From Chitinivibrionales bacterium (lineage in GTDB: Bacteria; Fibrobacterota; Chitinivibrionia; Chitinivibrionales; WJKA01), in contig JBBRUX010000013.1 in NCBI GenBank assembly GCA_038247415.1, forward strand, positions 1-64,000: a stretch of DNA of 64,000 nt, read 5' to 3'. Made by a program: the position numbers and the translations under genes. This document shows positions 30,201-39,121 of this stretch, one piece after another. The notes beneath the pieces were generated by a model. The model saw only the letters and a program-made list of their open reading frames with translations, had not been told where the DNA came from and did not search any database. How positions within the stretch are numbered: position 1 is the stretch's first letter; every line of letters starts with the position of its first letter.

Positions 30201-30947
30201 CAATGAAAATATGGAATCTCCCATAGTTATGGTATCTCCATGCACAAGAAGCAATGACGACCCATACAGATTTATAAACGGTGCATCATGATCAACCAAA
30301 GAAAACGCAAAAGGCACCGATGGACTCTCATGCTCTCCGCGTAAATCGGTAACCGATAAGGCTCCAACTCCAACCGTATCCATAATTCCTTTGATCATTC
30401 CATCAAACCGAGGGAATACGGTACGAATATTCGCGCTATTGGCACCAAAGCGCCAAACATAATACACATCATTATCGTCCACAGAGTCTGTTGCAAAATG
30501 TGCAACGCTTCCCTGTTGTCCTATTAATGGCGAAGGGCGAAGAGGCGATAAAAATGTAACGGGAATTTTTTCGATAGGCTTATCCCCATTATGCCGAAAA
30601 CTAATTATACTCATTGCAGTATCTTGCGGAGTAAATACCGATATGCGTTGATAATAGACAGAGTCGGCAAAGGGAGCCCTCAGAATCATGGTATCCCCAA
30701 AACGATTATGCGGTACCACTATATACACAGAGTCAAGAAGAGCAGAAACAGAAATAACCAGCTGAATGGTATAGGTTGAATAAATGCGGAGATTATTGGC
30801 AGCAACTCCACTGCCAAATACCGGTGTAACCACATGCGCTTTGGCATTACCCATATCAGAAAATGGATTATATTCTCGTGCACAATGCATGGCAATGCAT
30901 ATACCAATAAGCAGGACAACTATACCAATGATACTTTTGAGTCGCAT
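27270..30947 (-). CDS. Large lipoprotein with Ig-like repeats, DUF2341-like, LamG and an extra C-terminal beta-sandwich (paralog A)
   Basis: Signal ending in MHC; FPLLVRLD...LPFEIERWN...VWVLLD, GVWHL, FKGTIDEF...DWIALTYANQ. Confidence 0.7.
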   Translation of the reverse strand: MRLKSIIGIVVLLIGICIAMHCAREYNPFSDMGNAKAHVVTPVFGSGVAANNLRIYSTYTIQLVISVSALLDSVYIVVPHNRFGDTMILRAPFADSVYYQRISVFTPQDTAMSIISFRHNGDKPIEKIPVTFLSPLRPSPLIGQQGSVAHFATDSVDDNDVYYVWRFGANSANIRTVFPRFDGMIKGIMDTVGVGALSVTDLRGEHESPSVPFAFSLVDHDAPFINLYGSSLLLVHGDTITMGDSIFSLQAVIVDRGVGAVSSAAINNSKFDNVSNDSIYTRIFSSVTGFTSAQPLKVTISAVDRYGNMALSTYYLVYSQSVPSSQKYQLEFVSPSQSPLITSNTDQIVIARLSRLTCDTSEVNVRLTVNDSLYNAFAPTVGGCVATYWWSVKLSTKVASLRLSALTNMGIEIAAKSTLIQWNGDIISADTIPPQILEATSNNQNLNGLIVKEFALPVRIIAFDEQSGIDSLFINNKQVRALDSIPYVWIDTVPLIHSISGTAITVRARDHAGKVATRTWQVYQNTPPVIYKGLSQTSLVRAGILYVDSILVADAENDQMFIYKKIIPDGMTLDKGVLRWMPTAAQAGKEYILDLEYSDGFGSGPEYITSFQVLTQTAQACTLQVSSLSGSIASGVWAVPSRGPNTLECTILNGHDPLAGPYKVAITQNNGFTFESSESDQMFKALAMSTDSSAQGSIRIVVTDRFNNSDTVSLLINYPSASTLNALAIYCPTGPIGVTLNAPVVSFPLLVRLDESVLDFSKIAQGAIKFTNKNGKVLPFEIERWNVLSRRAEVWVLLDTVVSYDPDQSITMQWPVPIVASSQKVFDASGHRGVWHLSSEDGTLSDVSLNHLNAQNFGTKDTNGIIGKGRYFNGVDTYIQTPDSSLKFANEFTVSAWFKVENSTKASHIFWEGNASCNGWGDQDMPESHEMHMSISQIGAVTYNDVASYIFNYGYNPESHGPTNAVVEVPLYGVNQWHLGSVVMRNASTQPEASFYLDGVLQGVSKGAQAGRSNWNTALRLGRPGTNERYFKGTIDEFTISLNQRNADWIALTYANQSETPRFGMFTKPVISTGVSFKIGDTLTHYPQTDGGNNGLLFGQQMFLPVAASPVSLSVYITAALGKMRLALYAADGPNGVPGTLAAETRENSPSTGWNALLVTNPQVLAAGRYWLYMQQSDGRLSFGASSGASGIRRWCTMKYGSFPQIAPNMDQSSTGSWSLYATFK

Positions 30948-30958
30948 GCTTCAATCCC

Positions 30959-31927
30959 TTAAAATGTAAACGATGCAACAAGGCCTGATGCGCCAATAAG
31001 CGCCCCAGCTATTGATCCAACAAATGCTGCAACATCAACATTTTTGGATGAAAGCGCATTTTCAAAATCTTTTTGCGAATGGGTCACTAAATTGCTCGAT
31101 GGCCCCGTAACCTCGGTATTCTGCAATTCCTTAATTCGACGCATATCATTGCCAAGAAAAACATTTGCTGCAACTGTCAAGCTTACCGATCCCACTAAAA
31201 CACCAAGCCCACCATAGCGAAAAACTGCCCGCTTCTTTGCTTGAGGATCTGCCAAAAGATGAATTGGAACGCCTTCACTGCGCGCATCATCAACCGTTAC
31301 AGCATAAGAAAAAGGCAGTGCAGTAACCCCTTGCTTGATACCATCGATGGTGCAATCGGCTCGTCCATTTTGAGCAAAGGTAACTCCATCAAGGCGAATA
31401 TATCGCGTAAGTGAATTTATTCCAAAAACCGAATAGCGTATTGTACAGTTTGCAAATGATGTTGCAACGCCATTTTCGTGTATGTAAATGCCATTCCAAT
31501 CGTAGGGATTGGCTATCATCTGGGCGCCACTGCTATAGTACTTATCAAACTCCGAAGAAAACACTATCGGTTTTTGGAGCGACCCTTCAACAATCAGGGT
31601 GCCCTCGACATGGAGCCCGGTAAAATTCTTAAAAAGGATTACCGCCCCAGGGGCAATGGTCACTTTTGATCCTGCTGGAACATAGACATCTGCGGTGACA
31701 AGGTAGGGTCGAGAAAGTGCGGGGAGTACGCTTGGTAAATTACCACTGATTGTCTCGAAATTGCTACTTTCCGAGATTGAATTGCCATTGGATTTATCGA
31801 GAATTATTTGTGCTTGCGTTAATGTCAACAATGATGCGGCAACAATCGCCGAGAATGTCTTAAACGCTAACGTTCTAACGATTCTCTTTCGCATCTTGGA
31901 TAACACCTTTAAATTAGCGACTTGCAT
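30959..31927 (-). CDS. Exported short beta-helix protein with C-terminal hydrophobic segments
   Basis: PYLVTADVYVPAG...PIVFSS...YDWNGIY; C-terminus ends in FTF. Confidence 0.55.
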   Translation of the reverse strand: MQVANLKVLSKMRKRIVRTLAFKTFSAIVAASLLTLTQAQIILDKSNGNSISESSNFETISGNLPSVLPALSRPYLVTADVYVPAGSKVTIAPGAVILFKNFTGLHVEGTLIVEGSLQKPIVFSSEFDKYYSSGAQMIANPYDWNGIYIHENGVATSFANCTIRYSVFGINSLTRYIRLDGVTFAQNGRADCTIDGIKQGVTALPFSYAVTVDDARSEGVPIHLLADPQAKKRAVFRYGGLGVLVGSVSLTVAANVFLGNDMRRIKELQNTEVTGPSSNLVTHSQKDFENALSSKNVDVAAFVGSIAGALIGASGLVASFTF

Positions 31928-33695
31928 TATTCATCCCAATCCTTTGCATTTCGGTAAGTGCCTTTTTGAAATAGCTATGATTTGTATTAGAGCGCATAAC
32001 ACTTTTCAGTTCATACCAAGAATCCATCGCTTTTCGTTTGCTTTCTTCATTTATATTCTGGTCAAACATCCGACTTGAACAGAGTGCCTTGAGATAGAGA
32101 TATTCCACGCGCGCACTTTCGGCATCGAGATATCGTGCTGAAGCAGAGAGCGATAGTTCTAACATGCGCAATGCCGATAATGTTTCGTTTTTAGAATATG
32201 CTAGTGCAGCTTTTTTAAGAAAGAATTCAGCATCATCAATTACCGTTCCATTCAGAACCTTTGACAATTCTTCGTTTTTACCTAATGCAAACAGACTTCT
32301 CATATACAAAATTCGAGCCTGATCCGATGCCGCATTTTCTTTTGATAACAACTCATAGACCTGTATTGCACTTTGATACCGGTTATTTGCAACTTCTTTT
32401 GAAAGAATTGCAATTTCGTCTGTTAATCCATACCGCGTTCTAAGGTCATCAAGATAATTTTGCACCGGTGTGGGCTTAACGCTCGGGCGCGTAACGTGAA
32501 TTGGGTTTACTTTAGATTCTGTACTTTTTTTCGATTTTTGATTTACACTAGGCGAAGCAATCGGTGCAGTAATAGATTGGGTGACTATCACAGGAGCAGG
32601 AGGCTGTACTTTTTTGGGAGCTGGTTGCATTAAAAAGCCAACAGTAATGCCTACCGCAATTACGAATAAAACAATGGAAGCAATAATTCTCTTTTTTTTA
32701 TAGAAGAGCGATCGGGTATGAATAGCGAACACGGTGTTTTCACTACTCATTGCCATAAACTGATGCGTAACATGTTCTGGGGTATCGGGTGTTAAATCTG
32801 CATGTATTTGAATTAGTTCATTGAGCATTTTATTCGCATCGGCAAACCTTTTATTCATCTCAAATTTCATGCACTTATGAACAAGCCGTTTAAGGCGGGG
32901 CGGAATTTTAATAACAAACATGTCCAGTGGCATAAACTCATTATCTGTCTTACATTTCATGAGCTTTGCTATATTTGTTTGAGGGAATGCTTTTTGTCCT
33001 GTAATAGCCTCGTATAAAACTGCACCAAATGTATACAAATCGGATTGTGGAGCTATGTTTTTTCCATCAAGCTGTTCTGGCGCTAGGTATTGCATAGTTC
33101 CCATTATAGCGCCATCGGTTGTCATAAGAGAATCATCGACCGGGCGGGCAATTCCAAAATCCATAAGTTTTACACGGCCATCAGCCGAAAACATTATGTT
33201 GCTTGGCTTAAGATCTCGATGAATAACGCCTTTATGCTTTTTGCCATAAATAAGATATTCTTTACTATGCGCATAGTTAAGCGCCCTGCATATGCATATC
33301 CCGAGCGCAGTTACAACCGGCAAGGGCAGCGCACCTCTTTGCAAAAGCACATCGGCCATGGTAAGGCCATCGATATATTCCATCTCAATAAAATCGAGTC
33401 CATTCCATTCGCCAACCGAATGAATTTCGATAATATTTGGATGCGAAAGAGCTGCGGTTATTTTAATTTCTGTTTGAAAACGAGCAATTGCATCTGAAGC
33501 GAGGTTAGGGAGCATAAGCTTGACAGCCCGATGTTTTTCCATCTGGGCATTCCAAATCTTATATACATGGGCCATGCCCCCTCTGCCCAAAAGCTCGGAA
33601 ATAACACCCGACCCGAGCTCGATGTTTCTGGTGCCATCGGGTAAAATTACCGGGGAGGAAAGCTTGATAGATCCAAGATTAAAACCCTGTTGCAT
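31914..33695 (-). CDS. Membrane Ser/Thr (Hanks-type) protein kinase
   Basis: LGRGGMAHVY, AVKLM, HRDLKPSN, DFGIAR, YLAPE; TM followed by a helical periplasmic domain. Confidence 0.93.
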   Translation of the reverse strand: MQQGFNLGSIKLSSPVILPDGTRNIELGSGVISELLGRGGMAHVYKIWNAQMEKHRAVKLMLPNLASDAIARFQTEIKITAALSHPNIIEIHSVGEWNGLDFIEMEYIDGLTMADVLLQRGALPLPVVTALGICICRALNYAHSKEYLIYGKKHKGVIHRDLKPSNIMFSADGRVKLMDFGIARPVDDSLMTTDGAIMGTMQYLAPEQLDGKNIAPQSDLYTFGAVLYEAITGQKAFPQTNIAKLMKCKTDNEFMPLDMFVIKIPPRLKRLVHKCMKFEMNKRFADANKMLNELIQIHADLTPDTPEHVTHQFMAMSSENTVFAIHTRSLFYKKKRIIASIVLFVIAVGITVGFLMQPAPKKVQPPAPVIVTQSITAPIASPSVNQKSKKSTESKVNPIHVTRPSVKPTPVQNYLDDLRTRYGLTDEIAILSKEVANNRYQSAIQVYELLSKENAASDQARILYMRSLFALGKNEELSKVLNGTVIDDAEFFLKKAALAYSKNETLSALRMLELSLSASARYLDAESARVEYLYLKALCSSRMFDQNINEESKRKAMDSWYELKSVMRSNTNHSYFKKALTEMQRIGMNNASR

Positions 33696-33951
33696 GGGAT
33701 TTCCTTCATCGAGTCTTTAAAAATCATGACTATACTCATATTGATGGTATATATATCTTTACTATTTTATCATCTCAGAGCGCTCAATGCAACAATTCAT
33801 CCGCGTGGAGAAGTATTTAAAACTGGGGAACAGAAATAGAGTCGAGATATGTTTTGAATTAGAATAACGCGTAGCGAGGATTATTAATGGCATGCCCTTT
33901 TCGCTCATGCAAGGCATGCCACGTTTGATCAAGTTTTTGCGATTGAAAAAC

Positions 33952-35100
33952 CTATGAGCGAGAAGCAAACATTTTTGCAGCAGCCGTCATTTCTCTAGGG
34001 ATATCAAGCTTTTGCGTACATTTGGAAACACAGGCTCCACAGCTAGAACACGCATCTGCTCGCATTCCTGGAACCCACGATAAAGTGCCAATGCTGGTAT
34101 AGAGCTGCTCAGCTTCTTTAGATAATCCTAAAAACCGTTCATGATAGATGGCTTCCATCACCTTTGGAATATTGACCTCCGAGGGACACGGCATACAATA
34201 TCCGCAGCTCGTACAAAAATGAGTGTTTGTTGGCGAAAGTTTTGCAACAAGGGCCTCAATTCCTGCAATAATTTCTGGAGCTAAAGGCTCGGAAGCTCCC
34301 GATGCAATCGTTGCATCGACATCGGAAACCTTTGAAATTCCTGAAATAATGGTGTCGACCGATGGGTTTGACAGCACATACCTGATTGCCATGTCAGAAA
34401 GGTTTCGGCTTCCCGACTGCTTCACAAGATCTGCAAAAACAGGTGATTCTTCGGTAAGCTTACCGCCTCCAACTGGGTTCATCACAATGGTTCCAATGCC
34501 CTTTGATTTTGCCTTGTCAAGAACTGGAGCATACGTTCTGTTAAGGATGTTATACGTTAGCAGAATAATTTCACACCAGTCCATTTCATCAATAAAATCA
34601 AGCAAGTCCAAAACAGGGGCATGCGATGTAATACCAATGTGCCCCACAAGCCCCCGGCTTTTCGCCGAGCGGATTCCATCTACAAAGCCACCTTTAACAA
34701 CAGCTTGTTCATAGCAGCCTCTATCGGGAATATTCCAGACCTGATAAAAATCCAGATAGTTAACATCAAGCCTTTTCATTGAATCCTCAATTCGTCGCAC
34801 CACAGAGTCCATTGACGCATCGTCGGTAGGATCGATCTTGGTGATCCAGGGAGACCATTTTGTTGACAAAATAACCTTTTCTCGATAGCCATTTTTAAGC
34901 GCTTTCCCAAGCTTAATTTCCGAGTCGCCATACCCCCTGCTCGTATCGATATATTTCATCCCATTGTCAATGGCATAGCGTATCAAGGCAATTGCCTCAT
35001 CTTCATCGGCGGGCAAACGCATTGCTCCAATATTGACACGAGGAATAGTGAATCCGCTACGAGCTCCAAAAGGAATCTGCTTAAGGGAATTTTGATGCAT
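33952..35100 (-). CDS. Aldo/keto reductase with C-terminal 4Fe-4S domain
   Basis: GAMRLP, IDTSRGYGDSE, LSTK; CTSCGYCMPCP and CSSCGACVSKCTQ. Confidence 0.9.
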   Translation of the reverse strand: MHQNSLKQIPFGARSGFTIPRVNIGAMRLPADEDEAIALIRYAIDNGMKYIDTSRGYGDSEIKLGKALKNGYREKVILSTKWSPWITKIDPTDDASMDSVVRRIEDSMKRLDVNYLDFYQVWNIPDRGCYEQAVVKGGFVDGIRSAKSRGLVGHIGITSHAPVLDLLDFIDEMDWCEIILLTYNILNRTYAPVLDKAKSKGIGTIVMNPVGGGKLTEESPVFADLVKQSGSRNLSDMAIRYVLSNPSVDTIISGISKVSDVDATIASGASEPLAPEIIAGIEALVAKLSPTNTHFCTSCGYCMPCPSEVNIPKVMEAIYHERFLGLSKEAEQLYTSIGTLSWVPGMRADACSSCGACVSKCTQKLDIPREMTAAAKMFASRS

Positions 35101-35342
35101 TGTTTCTCTCCGGCATAATTGTGAAAAACCTTACGTGAAGGAATTTAGGTAAAATAATGATTGTGCAGTCTAAAAAAGTGATTTGCCATAAAATCGAATG
35201 AAAGTTAGCCTGATTTTCTAAATCTCTAGAAATATGAAGGATAAAGATCTATACAAATCAACAACTTATATCATAATTAATTTTTATTTTATTAAAAAAT
35301 AGAAAATAGCAAACTGCTCATAAATGTGGTATATTATAACCT

Positions 35343-36233
35343 ATGAATGCCACTAAAGATATCTTTATATTCTCCGATTATCGACTTTTTCTTAAAGAAT
35401 ACTATACTGTTCATAAAAAGATCATTAAAGGATTTACGCTGGCAATAATGGCTGAATTAGCTGGTTTTTCGTCTCCCAGTTTTATTAAGCATGTTATTGA
35501 TGGCAAACGAAATCTGACAAAAGAAAGTACCATAAAAATCTCACGGGCACTTCGCTTGTCAAAACCATCAGCAGCATACTTTGAGGCCCTTGTTTTTTTT
35601 AATCAAAGCACAAAACTCGACGAAAAGCTTCATTTTTTGCATCAGCTCGATCAACTCAGACCTAAAAATGCACCCCATGTACTTGGTTCAGATCAATACC
35701 GATATCTCGATAAATGGTATCATCCCGCAATCCGCGAACTCGTTGATCTGCCTGGTTTTGTAGAAAATCCTCAGGAAATTGCACGTAATTTTATAGTTCC
35801 TCTCAAATCCGACGAAGTCTCTAAAGCGCTGCTCTTTTTAGAAGAAAACGGATTTATTCATCGCGCCGCGAAAGGCAAGCTTACCCGCGCAGAAAAAACC
35901 ATTGGCGTTTACGCAACCGAACACAGCACCATCATGAATACAGCAATGCGTCAATTTCACCGATCCATGCTAAAATTTGCAGAACGCGCAACGGTAAATC
36001 TTCCCGTGGATATCCGGTCTATCAGTAATACAACGCTATCACTATCTCCTAAAGCTTATGCATCAGCCATTCGGCGTATAGAAAGCTTGCGGCTGGAACT
36101 GCTGGAAATTGCCAAAACCGACACCGACTCCAATCGTATCTATCACTTGACAACTGCACTTTTCCCGCTCACTCATTGTAGCAATACCGCAGAACCATCA
36201 GAAGAAATTTCTGTTGCAGAGGAGTTCGCATGA
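35343..36233 (+). CDS. TIGR02147-family protein (HTH + DUF4423-like)
   Basis: IFIFSDYRLFLKEYY...AGFSSPSF...GKRNL...YFEALVFFNQ...WYHPAIREL...LFPL. Confidence 0.85.
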   Translation: MNATKDIFIFSDYRLFLKEYYTVHKKIIKGFTLAIMAELAGFSSPSFIKHVIDGKRNLTKESTIKISRALRLSKPSAAYFEALVFFNQSTKLDEKLHFLHQLDQLRPKNAPHVLGSDQYRYLDKWYHPAIRELVDLPGFVENPQEIARNFIVPLKSDEVSKALLFLEENGFIHRAAKGKLTRAEKTIGVYATEHSTIMNTAMRQFHRSMLKFAERATVNLPVDIRSISNTTLSLSPKAYASAIRRIESLRLELLEIAKTDTDSNRIYHLTTALFPLTHCSNTAEPSEEISVAEEFA

Positions 36234-36925
36234 AAACGCTTCTGCTTCAGATCCTTAGCTTGTGCGCCCTTATAGGGTGTGGTTCATCAGGGAATCTGGC
36301 TGGTGGCGGAACCGATGTGGGAAATGCTAAAGTATTTGGGTGTATTGTTGATTCGACCAATGTTGGCGTAAGCGGAGCACGCGTTCGACTGTATGCTTTT
36401 ATGCATGATCCCTATGTCAACGCCAATGGGTTGCAAGGCGCACTCGCCCAGACCACCACAAATGCAAAAGGTGAATTTTGCTTTGATACAATCGATACTG
36501 GCACCTATACTATTATTGCCGAGGAAAGCGCATATGGGCTCAAAGCAATCCATTACGATCTCGTGATAACCCCAAACAATGTCAACAATAACGATTCCAT
36601 TTGTCTTTCCGAGGATACTCTAAAGCAATTGGGTACCCTCAAGATTGAAATAGAAATGACACTTCCGGTCGGAGGCTATCTGGCAATTCCCGGAACCGAT
36701 TACCTTCACTGGATTACTTCAGAAGAATTGCATAAACAGGAATTTATTCTTGATTCAATCCCTGCTGGAAAAATCCCATCTCTTTATTATCGAATTTCGG
36801 ACACATCATCGCTTGTGATGCGAGCTGCATCAAATGTAGAAGTGGAAGCATCGGGAATTGTTGAAGTAGAATTTGAATCTTTAACATCAGTGCGGTATGA
36901 AACATGTTTTCGCGAACGATATTAA
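36230..36925 (+). CDS. Lipoprotein with carboxypeptidase-regulatory-like domain
   Basis: LIGC lipobox, LAGGGTDVGN, TTTNAKGEF...GTYTI; ATGA overlap with the TIGR02147 gene. Confidence 0.65.
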   Translation: MKTLLLQILSLCALIGCGSSGNLAGGGTDVGNAKVFGCIVDSTNVGVSGARVRLYAFMHDPYVNANGLQGALAQTTTNAKGEFCFDTIDTGTYTIIAEESAYGLKAIHYDLVITPNNVNNNDSICLSEDTLKQLGTLKIEIEMTLPVGGYLAIPGTDYLHWITSEELHKQEFILDSIPAGKIPSLYYRISDTSSLVMRAASNVEVEASGIVEVEFESLTSVRYETCFRERY

Positions 36926-37026
36926 ATACAACCCTCTGGTTGCAGCACATGCCAACTGCGTAACCAATCTGTTCTTGTAAATAGCTATTCCTGAAGAAAA
37001 TGGTGCTATACATCACATGGTTATTA

Positions 37027-38160
37027 TCATTGAATGCAGCTTCCTCCATTAATTTCAAAAACTTTGCTTATTGAGCCTCCTTTAAGTTCATAGATATCAT
37101 AAAATTCTGCTTCAACAAACGACCTTCGCCCAATCCAAAAACACTGACCAGCTATTGAAAAAGTACCAAGCCCTTGCATTATTGGCGTTTTTAATCCTTC
37201 GCAATTATCAACCACACAGTCAACATCTTTAAGCATCGATCCTGCTCCATTGCTATTTACAATAAATCCAGAATACGTTATCACATCTGCGCAGTCGATA
37301 TTCTCTTTTTTAAGCAGATGCGGATATCTCTTAACAACATGAAATCGATAGAGGGGCTGCGACTGCGCCGACACTGCAACAGAAAAGAGATCTATACTGG
37401 TAGAAACAAATTCCCTATCGCCACGCGCCAAAGGAAACCCGCTAGAGCGAACAAACCCTTTGCCAGACCCTATCCGTTTTGCCAATTCAGCAATTTTAGA
37501 TTCTTCAAGCATTCCAAAATGAGTCACAATCATATCCTTGTATTGCGCATATTCCTCAGAAGACCGTACAATAGCGCTTTCGCAAGCAAATGAAAGCCCC
37601 GCAGCATTAGTAGCCAAGCCTTTAAAGGGCCGAACTTTAAGGCTTTGCCTATGAACTGCCTTATCGCGAGGAGTTTTTGAAGTGAGATAGGCCCAGTTAG
37701 CACTGCACTGCGCATCGATTTTAATCAGCTTATCGAGGGTAACAGAACCAGTACTGCCTCCCATCGCATACTTCATCGACTGTGGAAAGGTCTGAACGAC
37801 TGCCGGCTTATATGCATCTGTAAAGCTATCAGGTTTTGACCAGATTGCATTAAACGATCCTTTTGCGAAACTACACAGGGGAAGAATAACAAAATCGTTA
37901 TCGATGGCACATATATAAGCGGGGGTTTCTAGGACTGGCGCAGGAGCCTTAACCTTGACGGAAGTACTCTTTGATTTTGTAGGAGCTTTTGCAGGTGCAG
38001 CCCCAAATCCTGGTGCGGTAATACCTAGACAAACAATACCAGCAACAAGTAGCGCGCTATGCTTTGTCGAATTAATTGCTGCTTTTTGAAAGCCCGTTAG
38101 GGCGCCTAAATAATGATCCAACAACACGATTGTTTCCTTGTTTGTTAGGGTGTTTATCAA
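37027..38160 (-). CDS. Hypothetical exported protein
   Basis: 377-aa ORF with a signal-like hydrophobic segment and Pro/Lys linker; start uncertain. Confidence 0.55.
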   Translation of the reverse strand: MINTLTNKETIVLLDHYLGALTGFQKAAINSTKHSALLVAGIVCLGITAPGFGAAPAKAPTKSKSTSVKVKAPAPVLETPAYICAIDNDFVILPLCSFAKGSFNAIWSKPDSFTDAYKPAVVQTFPQSMKYAMGGSTGSVTLDKLIKIDAQCSANWAYLTSKTPRDKAVHRQSLKVRPFKGLATNAAGLSFACESAIVRSSEEYAQYKDMIVTHFGMLEESKIAELAKRIGSGKGFVRSSGFPLARGDREFVSTSIDLFSVAVSAQSQPLYRFHVVKRYPHLLKKENIDCADVITYSGFIVNSNGAGSMLKDVDCVVDNCEGLKTPIMQGLGTFSIAGQCFWIGRRSFVEAEFYDIYELKGGSISKVFEINGGSCIQ

Positions 38161-38236
38161 TTTTAAGAGTTGCTAAAAATACATTTCGAATAGTGATCAA
38201 CAAAATTACGATGTTGCTTTCAGTCAAAAAAAATGC

Positions 38237-39121
38237 CTAGCGTTTAATAAGCCGATAGTTTTTAAAGCCGCCAACCTGGTTTCCGCCAAAAAGGTGCTTT
38301 TCGATCCAAGATAATAGGCGATATTTGAAACGGTCATGTTTAAAACCACTTCGTATTGTGCCAGTATAATCTAATTCCAAAGCCCATGAAAAATTGCCAA
38401 TCCATTCTTTCATCACAGCCGGAGGGGAATCTCGAAATTTTTCTAAATACTTCAGAGGCCCGTAATTGAATGGTTTTTCTTCTACCGGCACAGGAGTCCC
38501 CCAAAAAGTATCTAATGTTTGCTTCTTTTTCTGCATATACAGTGGAGGACGAACCCAGCCATAATGATAAACCTCAGCTTGTACAGAAGCAACCTCTATT
38601 TTTTCGCCGTTTTTGCGAAACGACTGAGCATCTCCCCATGACGTAATACTGCGATGATTGCGTACCACGCGAATTTCTTTGGGATACCACGCATGGCTGC
38701 GATGATAATGATCATAGTCTCCCCAAAAATGCTTGTAGTCGAAAAGTAAGCCATCTATGCGGGTATCATCATTAAGCTCAACACATCGATTGCGAACAGC
38801 TTCAAGATATTTTTCATGCACCACTTCATCGGCTTGCAGATAAAAGCACCAATCTCCTATGCATGCATCAAGCGCGATATTTGTTTGTTTACTGAGGATA
38901 GCACCTTTTTCATACGTTGATTGTGCCCAATCGGTATCGATTATTTTGATTTTAGGATCCCCGATATTCTCTACAATCAAGCGAGTCGTGTCGTCTGAAT
39001 CACCCTTACCAATAGCTATAACAAACTCATCACAAATCGGAAGTATAGAAAGGATAGATTCTTTAAGCGGATAATATAAAGAACCTATATTTCGTGCAAA
39101 AGAAAAACCGCTTATTTTCAT
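38237..39121 (-). CDS. Glycosyltransferase family 2-like
   Basis: KISGFSFARN...YPLKESILSILPICDEF, YLQADEV, YHYGWVRPP. Confidence 0.85.
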   Translation of the reverse strand: MKISGFSFARNIGSLYYPLKESILSILPICDEFVIAIGKGDSDDTTRLIVENIGDPKIKIIDTDWAQSTYEKGAILSKQTNIALDACIGDWCFYLQADEVVHEKYLEAVRNRCVELNDDTRIDGLLFDYKHFWGDYDHYHRSHAWYPKEIRVVRNHRSITSWGDAQSFRKNGEKIEVASVQAEVYHYGWVRPPLYMQKKKQTLDTFWGTPVPVEEKPFNYGPLKYLEKFRDSPPAVMKEWIGNFSWALELDYTGTIRSGFKHDRFKYRLLSWIEKHLFGGNQVGGFKNYRLIKR

